From an uncultured virus (IMG/VR IMGVR_UViG_3300020469_000029) (lineage: Duplodnaviria > Heunggongvirae > Uroviricota > Caudoviricetes > Kyanoviridae), in IMG/VR virus record IMGVR_UViG_3300020469_000029: DNA of 64,000 nt. One strand, 5' to 3'. The position numbers and the translations under genes are program-made. Each line of letters starts with the position of its first letter. Positions within the stretch are counted from its first letter, which is position 1. The notes under the pieces were generated by a model, which saw only the letters and a program-made list of their open reading frames with translations, had not been told where the DNA came from and ran no database searches. Of the stretch, positions 51,101 to 59,000 are shown one piece after another.

Positions 51101-52496
51101 TGATACTGTATCAGAACCAGGTGGTACTAGTGCAACAGTTTCATCTCTAACTTATAGTGGTGATTCTTATACTGCATATCCAACTGCTCAACCTTCTTAT
51201 CCTTCTGATGATAAAGAGGTGTTGGTATATCATAGAAATCATGGTATGCATCAACGCACAAACAATATAGACATAAGTGGTATTATTTCTGAGGTACCTG
51301 ATACTACCTTGACTACTACTCTTGCTCAAGGTGCTACTACTATTCAATTATCTGATGCAAGTCAATTCCATTCAGTAATTGGTGGTACTGCAATTGGTAA
51401 CCTAAATCCAGGATATGTCAAGATTGGAGATGAAATTATTAAATACTCTGCAATTGCTTCAGATGGTAAATCTATAACAGTTGCAACTAGTGGACGTGGT
51501 GCTAACAGTACTGCTGACGTAGAGCATGGATCTGGATCTGTAGTTGAGTGCTACAACTTAGATGGTATTCCTCTAATTGAATTGAATAAAGTCCACACTT
51601 CTATATCATGTCCATGGCTTGACACCTATATGTTACACATTGATAGTGTTGCAACCAATGGTATTCGTGGGGGTGGTACACATGTATGGGCATCACAGAA
51701 TGTCCAGTTTGAAACATTGACACCAACTGTTTCTACTATGGTATTACCAGAAACAACTGTTTCTTCTCGTGTGAATACTACAACAGCAACATCTATAGGT
51801 AATGGATCAACATTAGTTGATCAAAATTCATTTATTAACAATGGTCAGTACTTGGATGTTGTATTAAATCAGGTTAATTACTTCACTGCCCCACAAATGA
51901 TTTGCTCTAATATCAATGAGCAGAATAAATTAGATGGTAATAAGTCATTCACAATGGCAGTTACCCTAACTACAGATAAAGACACTCTATCACCATGTAT
52001 CGACTTGGATAGAATGTCATTGATTACGACTTCAAATAGAATCAATATGTGGCCTGGTGGACCTGAACCATACGGTCAGCAGAGTAATATAGATACTACA
52101 CAGGATGTATCTACATTACCTCAAGGTGATCAGAATGATGCTGTATATGTTTCACGTCTCGCTCGCCTCGGTTCTGAGGCCAGATCTTTGAAGATAGATT
52201 TCCAGACTACTAGACATCCATCTACTGAGATCAAAGTCTACTTTAAGGCATTCAAGACTGGTGATAATACTGATCCTGCCACTATTGGTTGGACTTATGT
52301 TGGTGCACCAATAGAGTCTGCAAATGCTGTAGATTATGATACTACTGCCACAGATGAAAATCTATGGAAGGATTATCCTTATGAAGTCCGAGGTTTGGAT
52401 TTTAATGCATTCCAAATTAAAATTGTTATGAGATCTAAAAACCAAGCACGAGTTCCGTTAATTGCTGATCTCCGTGCTATAGCGTTAGCTAGTTAG
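45138..52496 (+). CDS. VrlC-like (DUF4815-type) large structural protein (2452 aa)
   Basis: N-terminal SPYFDDFD..KNFYRVLFRPG.PIQARELTT.QS, DPLAQSF, FKSQNASTW, C-terminal DLRAIALA; usual position after gp8. Confidence 0.85.
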   Translation: MPQNTNLNISPYFDDFDKDKNFYRVLFRPGYPIQARELTTMQSILQNQMESIGQHFFKEGTMVIPGQVGYDLQVQAVVLQQSFLGVDLETYRTQINGQIIEGITTGIKAKVLYSIPSTESSKGYVTLYVKYVESGDTVSSSTTQTFQPNEQLLAENEITFGTTLIEVGSPFAQLLPVDSTAVASTAYINAGVYFIRGHFVDVPSSYLILDQYSNNPSYRVGLEVSESIVTPEDDPSLNDNAAGTSNYSAPGGHRFRIKTTLTKKPINDETDKNFIELLRINNSKVEQFVTHTAYSELERSMARRTFEESGDYVIDTFAIKARETLDDGFNNGVYTVGDTTQSKNTASDDLVTFEISPGRAYVKGYRTEFLTPQYVDAPKPRDFDSVQNAILAFRLGQMFKVYDVYGWPELTGEGVAAAYQVLELYDEWTANTTNTVTGRKIGRARCVQLQESSITGVWELWIMDPTMFTGFNFAAGNNAVAIGDVLKGRTSGAKGYVGDAGSGTHCWLEQVSGAFLNGEVIERDGRVVGTLEAAHTFNLTDTRSVLGRADSAGSGTVVFGCNLQLNDVRIIEGTTITIDSAGNGRLEGFRSKFSNDLRPGDVVTSTNTSEEGENTLRVQRVDVAGGINVTSTNAATGQSGFIFDYLNQYALLETGLKKGSGNSDGEVTALARMRPFLFQKDYQNGELSIDTPRTSMKSIADESFFVYRTFNNKTVVSGGVTISLPESEQFATLDDENYILTIMAESGSVWSVGGNLNIDALNEAGTLTVTFGADRQSITIDGLANVNTIKLTALISKNIVSKKIKTAAKMRCLNVLRTRINNDQPKYGLSYGNLYGTRIEDEEISFALNDVYNLHAVYESDNDADASAPYVVLTESTFFDNGSVVIGKTSGARGRVIQFINSTLRLYFVQLNEIPFAAGETITGQDDDGNVLTAIIDDADGSVVKGSKVVTSQYTLEHGQKPHFYDVSKITRYPQYTPPIRKLLIIFDYFVHESSGDYFASQSYTGISYKEIPTYKLDGSINFLRDQVDFRPGVGELASRDGTVSNPYLVECASLDFAARQFDTSGGAGGSTIFDIPKVNTEIRMDYSYYLPRADKLYLTHDNQLKIVSGISDEELPPPDGIENAMLLAQIEYRPYVYDVERDILINPEIIRRYTMKDIGDLETRLEHVEYYTSLSLLEVQAENTKTYDDNGFDRLKNGYVVDDFTDHNVGDVLSVDYKCSLDFKEGHLRPSHFTTNVPLQLNMTDSQNIVKTIGNMALLPWDDHAIITQPYASRTENVNPFNVFTFIGRVDLTPASDDWVDTARQPARVENVEGDFSSVSADMQVDGDGFAPIQWGSWKTNWTGESLQSTSQFRNRSGSFSAGGRRLGRLGHGQGRQALFVHERRTWRVVNNQARQGIRTKVVPKIDKRSLGDQVLSQTAIPWIRSRNVAFNVERMKPRTRVYAFFDGVNVTTYITPKVIELVKSSSADPNTNETPFVVGETVVGSISGCQLKIAAANDGYTTDPYATGATALAESYASNTSYINIDTASLAESVNPNYYGNVNVGEVLIGQTSGARAVVRDRRLLTDNIGSIKGTFFIPNPGNDSNPRWATGSRTVRFTTSNTNAKSTGSVQSSAETIYTAAGTLKTVRENILAVRNAELVKDTVNDERQVMTTRTETRQIGWYDPLAQSFICDEEGGVFLTGVDVFFKTKDANIPISMQIRTMENGYPTKDILPFSDVTIAPAQIELSDNAAIPSRFTFRSPVYVKQSIEYCFVLLSDSNEYNVWISRMGDIDVSGTRTISEQPYAGVLFKSQNASTWTADQYEDLKFTVYRAKFNQTTGIAMLNNAELGKGNGGMKNLIENPILTLKPTQQLSLPSGNNYNFTIGARIKQTPSGASATIKEFDAVSDPEKITITDIDGAFAAGFLDANSNPFQGLSSSQSVVVMELSAIYNGVFTVGNVLSGSTSSAGAIVTAYYGVGSTLPGGGTASTITVYANYVTKAFDLSDTVSEPGGTSATVSSLTYSGDSYTAYPTAQPSYPSDDKEVLVYHRNHGMHQRTNNIDISGIISEVPDTTLTTTLAQGATTIQLSDASQFHSVIGGTAIGNLNPGYVKIGDEIIKYSAIASDGKSITVATSGRGANSTADVEHGSGSVVECYNLDGIPLIELNKVHTSISCPWLDTYMLHIDSVATNGIRGGGTHVWASQNVQFETLTPTVSTMVLPETTVSSRVNTTTATSIGNGSTLVDQNSFINNGQYLDVVLNQVNYFTAPQMICSNINEQNKLDGNKSFTMAVTLTTDKDTLSPCIDLDRMSLITTSNRINMWPGGPEPYGQQSNIDTTQDVSTLPQGDQNDAVYVSRLARLGSEARSLKIDFQTTRHPSTEIKVYFKAFKTGDNTDPATIGWTYVGAPIESANAVDYDTTATDENLWKDYPYEVRGLDFNAFQIKIVMRSKNQARVPLIADLRAIALAS

Positions 52497-52524
52497 AACT
52501 TGTTTCCCAACCCTTACATGGTTG

Positions 52525-52553
52525 AGTTTAATATTTATTATTCCTTTTGTCAA
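52525..52553 (-). promoter_or_regulatory. antisense sigma70 promoter with embedded late-promoter motif
   Basis: minus strand TTGACA (52553-52548), 17 nt, TAAACT (52530-52525); ATAAATA at 52538-52532. Confidence 0.55.
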
Positions 52554-52555
52554 GT

Positions 52556-52825
52556 ATGCAAGAAAACCAGGACCATATACAAATATTTAAAGCAGACCTA
52601 ATCCCTGTCGAAAACAGGGAAGGCTGGTTTAGAGATCCTGATTCTCATGCCGTAGTGAATTGTAACAAATCACAGTATGAGCAATACATGGCATCATATA
52701 ATAAACGTGAGATGAAGGAGAAATCCTTCAACACTTTACAAAATGACGTGGATGCATTAAAATCAGATATAAGTGACATGAAGTCAATGCTTTTAAAATT
52801 AGTGGAGAAAAACAATGCCAGTTGA
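52556..52825 (+). CDS. small hypothetical protein with C-terminal coiled coil
   Basis: ATG 52556 in frame; RD..S.AVVN...Y motif; usual position after VrlC. Confidence 0.8.
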   Translation: MQENQDHIQIFKADLIPVENREGWFRDPDSHAVVNCNKSQYEQYMASYNKREMKEKSFNTLQNDVDALKSDISDMKSMLLKLVEKNNAS

Positions 52826-53033
52826 TGTGACAGAAAACAAAGCCCCAGAAGAACTTCTAGGGGAATTTAAAGAAAGATATCAAACAATCCTCGGTGAGAA
52901 TCAACAACTCGCTAAGAAGATTAAAGATAACGAGCAGACTGCTCTTAAGCTATTAGGTGCTATAGAAACACTAGAGTACCTTAATCCTCCAGAAGAGGTA
53001 CCAGCAGAAGAGCCAGCACCTGTGGACGCATAA
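52815..53033 (+). CDS. small coiled-coil protein (possible fibre chaperone)
   Basis: LKLLGAIETLEYL motif; overlaps the upstream stop. Confidence 0.75.
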   Translation: MPVDVTENKAPEELLGEFKERYQTILGENQQLAKKIKDNEQTALKLLGAIETLEYLNPPEEVPAEEPAPVDA

Positions 53034-53036
53034 ATA
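53029..53036 (+). promoter_or_regulatory. late promoter
   Basis: CATAAATA upstream of the fibre gene. Confidence 0.7.
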
Positions 53037-53075
53037 AACCAGTAAGACTGTGCTCTGAAGGATCCCCTTAAGTAA

Positions 53076-56000
53076 ATGGCAAATAGAATACAACTAAGAC
53101 GTGATGGTGCACAGCAGTGGGCTAACGTCAACCCCATCCTTGCTCAAGGTGAGTTAGGTATCGAAATTGATACTTCTCGACTGAAAGTAGGAGATGGTGT
53201 CACCGCTTGGAACTCTCTTAAATATGAGAGACCAATAGAAACTGAGTCAAACACTGCAAACACACTAGTAAAAAGAGATGCTGACGGTAACTTTGAAGCA
53301 GGTGCCATTACTGCCTCACTCGTTGGTAACTCTGCAACTGCAACAAGATTAGCAAACGCTCGACAAATTGCCCTAGGTGGTGATATGTCGGGTAGTGGTA
53401 CGTTCGATGGATCCTCGAATTTAACCATTACTTCAGAGTTGAATTATGTTACAACTCTTCCACATTATGATGCTAACGATCTTGCTGCAACAGGTACGTA
53501 CAGTCAGGTAACAATTGACTCTAGAGGTCGTATTGTTAATGCTTCAACACCTACAAGCTTAACTGCTTATGGTATTACTGACGCACAACCATTAGATAGT
53601 GATCTAACATCGCTAGGTGCGATGACTACCTTTGGTTTACTTTCACGTCAATCTGAGGGTACCATAGTCAGTAGGACAATTACTGGTGGTAGTCAACGTA
53701 TTATTGTTAACAATGGTAATGGACAATCATCCAACCCATTCATTGATCTAGCAGACACAACAGTTGTTGTTGGTAGTTACAACCCCGTAGGTAACTTAGA
53801 CACACCTCTTATCTCTGCTACGACTGGTGATGAAACAGTTAACACAACTAACCTTACTGTAGACAGATATGGTCGTCTGACATATGCTCAGACTTCTGCT
53901 ATTGCTACTGCCAAACAAGGTACTAAAGTTGCTGTATATAACGCAGGTAGTGCATATCCTCGTTATAGCATAGTAAAGAATGCTGCTGATAAACTCTATC
54001 AAGCAATTTTAGATATCGGTGCTGGTGCTGGTGAACCATCTCATACTGATACATCTGATGCAGGATCATGGAGATACCTATCAAGTGCTGTTGCACCTCA
54101 GAAAGGTATAGCATCATTTGCTCAAGAAGATTTCGATGTAACTTCATGGATTGACCCAGAGCAGGGTGGTCATGTTACAATCGCAGAAAGAGGTGTAGAT
54201 AATTTACAACTACAAAATAATAGAATTGGTTTTGCTGATGGCAATACCTTAGAGAATTTTGAATTAGATCAGGAGTTGACAGCAACTACTGGTTACAGAG
54301 GATTTAATTACCTTAACTATACGAAGGTAAACGATACAACTGGTAATCTATTAGTTGGTGCTAATAACCAAGGTAATGGTAGTTCTGGTGCTATACAGGC
54401 AGTTACTAACATAGTAGTTACAGTAGGTGTAGACACAGTAGGTGGTCAAGTAACAGGTGTATTCTATATTGACGGTGTAGAAACACCTGTGATGAATCTT
54501 AAGAGAGGAATAAAATACATATTCAATCAGAATGATTCTTCAAACGCTACTTATGGTGGAGTAGGTCAACCTCATCCATTAATGTTTAGTCTCACAGAAG
54601 ATGGAGACTTAATCCCTGGTGGTGCTCACTATATGCCTGGGATTCACTACTTCTTGGATGGTGTTGAGAAAACTATGGCAGAGTATACTGCTCAGTTTAC
54701 TGGTGCTACAAATAAAATAGTAGAATTCTTAGTGCAAGATGAAGCACCTGCTACACTCTATTATTGGTGTCATCATCATACAGGACAAGGTAGTAGTATT
54801 AATATTACTGATGGTGGTGCAGGTGAATTTGATGTTAATGTAAGATCATACTTCAGTCATCCTGATATTACCTTAGATGGTGCAATTACTCAGACAATTG
54901 ATAAGACTGGTGATGGTCATCTAAATCTCCAACTTACCCAGAATACTGGGATGGATAGAAACTTAAGTATTCTTTCTACTAATGCTGGAGCTGGTAATGC
55001 TACCATTCTCATACAATCTGAGAATGATATAACAATAGCAGCAAGTAATGTTGCTAATAGAGTCCATGTAGAGGACTATTGGTTACAGGATAACGTCCTG
55101 TCTACAACCAATGCCACTATGATATTAGACCCTAATGATGACGATGATGTCACAGGTCTAGTACAGATTCGTGGAGATCTACAGGTAGATGGTACAACGA
55201 CCACGGTAAATTCAACTGTTGTTACCATTGATGATCCTATTTTCACACTGGGTGGAGACACTGCTCCTGTAGCAGATGATAATAAAGATCGTGGTATAGA
55301 ATTTAAGTATTATGACACGCAAGCAAGACTCGGATTCTTCGGGTGGGATGAAAATTATGCAGACTCTAACATATGGTCTAGCACTGGTGGGTTTAGGTTC
55401 CTCTACAACGCCACTAACACCTCTGAAGTTTTCACTGGTACTGACGCTCCTCTCATTGCTGGTAACCTCAGGCTCACAACCAACACAGGATCAACCTCAA
55501 CCACGACGGGCACGTTGGTGGTCACGGGGGGATTAGGACTCTCTGAAAATGCACACGTAGGTGGCACTGTTACTATTGCAGGACAGTCAGAAGTTAATAA
55601 TAATGTAATCCTTAAGGCAGATAATAAGTCATTTAATATACAGACTGCTGCTGGAGTAGATAAGTTTACTGTTGATTATGATAACGGTAATACAGTAATA
55701 GAAGGTACAGTTGATATTCAACTAGAGACCACAGTTACAGATAATCTTATTGTAAAGGCAGACGCTAAGAAATTTGATATTCAGACTGCTGCTGGTGTAA
55801 GCGTATTCGACGTAGATACTGACAACGGTAACACACATACAGATGGTACTCTTGACGTAGACAGTGGAGTAACATTTAATAGCACATTAGATGTAGATCT
55901 TGCTACTACTCTTAACAGCACATTGGATGTTGATGATGATGTAGTCTTCCATAATGACTTCCTAATGGATGTCACTGGTAAGACATTTACTATTACCAAT

Positions 56001-59000
56001 GGTACTGATCAGAAGTTTAAGGTAACTAGCACTAATGGTAATACAGATATTGAAGGCACTCTTAATGTCAATTCACTAAGCACATTTGAGAAGACAACAA
56101 ATATAACAGTTGATACTTCTGCTGATGATGCTATTACACAGACAGCAACTGGATCTGTAGATATAGACGGTGGTCTTAATGTAGATGTTGACCTTCGTGT
56201 TGGTGGAGATCTATATGTCTCAGACAGAATTGATTCTAAGGATGCTGGCACAGCAAGGACACGTCCTTCTCTACTTAATAACTTAGATGTAAGATATCGT
56301 GAGTATATCGGTAGTGTTGCAGCACATAATGCAGACTTTGCTAATGACCCAGATGCAAACTTAAGGGTTGCTGGTGGTGCAGGTATCGTAGCAGACCTAC
56401 ATGTAGGAGATGACTTCTATGTTGGTAAGGTTGGCACTAACGATAACGTAGAATTTTCTATTTTAGGTGAGTCTGGATATACAACTATAGGTCGTGCAGG
56501 ACAGGGTGGTGCAACAGATGGTGCTATCGTAGTCCACGGTGACGCAACATTTAATAGAGAAGTTAATATAACTGGTAGTCTAACAACTGTAGGTAATGCA
56601 AACACTGATGTATTAACAGTCAATGCAGTATCACAGTTTACAGATAACGTCACAGTAGATGGCAACTTAACAGTTAACACCAACGCAGTTGTTGAAGGTA
56701 ACCTCACAGTTAATGGTACAACGACCACGGTAAATTCAACTGTAGTTACTATAGATGACCCTGTATTTACTTTAGGTGGTGACACAGCTCCTGGTAGTGA
56801 TGATGCTAAAGATCGTGGTATTGAATTCAAATACTATGATTCTCAAGCACGTGTAGGATTCTTTGGTTGGGACAACTCTGCTTCAAGATATCTATTTGCT
56901 CATAATGTAACTAACAGCTCTGAAGCATTCTCAGGCACTAAGTCTGGTATTGATGCTGGTAGTATAAAACTATTTGATACAACTAATTCAACAACTGCAT
57001 CTTCAGGTGCTCTAATCGTAGGTGGTGGTGCTGGTATAGGTCTTAATCTATATGTTGGTGCAAACTTAGATGTTAATACTAATACTGACATCGGTGGAAA
57101 CCTTAATGTTGTAGGTGATTTTGATCTAACTGATGACTTTAGAATTAATACTGATAAGTTTACAGTAGATGCTGGTACTGGCAACACATATGCAGAGGGC
57201 ACACTACAGGTTGATGGTAACGTCACCCTAGGTAATGCTTCTGGTGATTCTCATAGTGTCACAGGTACAGTACAGTTCAACCAAGCAATCACTTCCACAG
57301 ATATCACTGCTGATCAGATTCAGATTGGTGTTGATGCTGCTAATGAGATCAGCACTACTTCTGGTAATTTAGTATTAGATTCTGATGGTGGCACAGTAAA
57401 TGTTACCGATGATCTAGACGTAGATCTTAACTTAAATGTAGATGGAAATACAAAAATCGATGGCACTCTTACAGTTGACGGGAATGCTACTATCGGCAAT
57501 GCTTCTGGTGACAATCATATTGTTACTGGAACAGTTACTTTCAACCAAGCCATTACATCAACAAACATCACTGCGGATTCTGTTACCATTGGTGTGGATT
57601 CTGACGGTGAAATTAGCACAACTACTGGCGTTAACCTCATCCTCGATTCCGCAACTGGAGAAACTCAGGTTGATGATAACCTAACTGTTACAGGCACATT
57701 AGATGTAGATGGTAATACACAGATTGGTAATAACTCTTCTGACGCTCATGCCTTTACAGGTACAGTAACATTTAATCAGGCAGTTACTTCAACTGACATC
57801 ACTGCCGATAACGTGCAGTTGGGTGTATCAGGTTCATCTGAAGTTGATACTTCATCAGGTAACTTAACTCTTGACTCTGCCACAGGTGAGACAATTGTTG
57901 ATGATAACTTAACTATCAATGGTACATTGGATGTTGATGCGTTAACAACAATTACTGATGCTCTAACAGTCAAGGCAGATAACAAACTAGTCTCTATTCA
58001 GAATGCTGCTGGTCTAACTAAGTTTGAAGTTGATACTGATAACGGTAATACAGATATTCAAGGCACGGTAAACATAGAGGGTGCTACAGTAATTGATGAC
58101 ACTCTTAATGTTACACAGGCAGTAGATCTAGACACTACATTGAATGTAGATGGTGCTGCAACATTCCAAGACAATGTTGTATTAAATGCTGACAACAAAG
58201 AATTTGCTATACAATTAAATGATGGTACTGACAAGTTTACAGTCCAGTCGGCAACTGGTAATACAGACATTCAAGGAACATTGGATGTCAATGGAGCTAC
58301 TAATGTTACTAACACTGTTGGTATTACTGGTGTTACCTCCGTTACTAATGCTACTAATCCTGCTAACCTAATTGACACTGCTGCGTTTAACGTAACAGGT
58401 GGTGCAATAATTTCTAAGGATGTCTTCCTTGGTGAAGACTTCTACATGGGTCCAAATAATGCATCAACATTCTCTGTTGTTGGATCATCTGGTAATACTC
58501 TAATTGGGGGCACACTTGGTGTAACAGGTACAACTACTTTAGGCACTGCTGACGTTAGCACATTAAATCTTACATCTAACGCTAACATCTCTGGATCTAT
58601 TATCGTTAACACCAGCAAGTTTATTGTTGCAGGTGCTTCTGGTAATACTACTATCGATGGTACATTGGATGTTGCTGGTGCAACTACTATAGATGACACT
58701 CTTAATGTCACACAAAATGTAGACCTTGATTCTAATCTTAATGTAGATGGTAATGCTCAGATAGATGGCACACTTACTGTTGATACAACCTCACTATTAA
58801 AAGACAGTGTTGTATTACGTGGTGGATCTAAGACTCTGAAACTACAGAATGGTAGCAGCACTGATAAGATCACACTGCACTCCACATCTGGTAACGCAGA
58901 GATCACTGGTACTTCAACTCTTGGTACTCTTGACGTAACAAATAACACTACTATAGGTGGCACACTTGGTGTAACAGGTCAGATCACTGGTAATGTAACT

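Noticed and set aside
52165..52180. GCCTC-N6-GAGGC hairpin within the VrlC-like gene
   Set aside because: Short stem with no U-tract; could be chance
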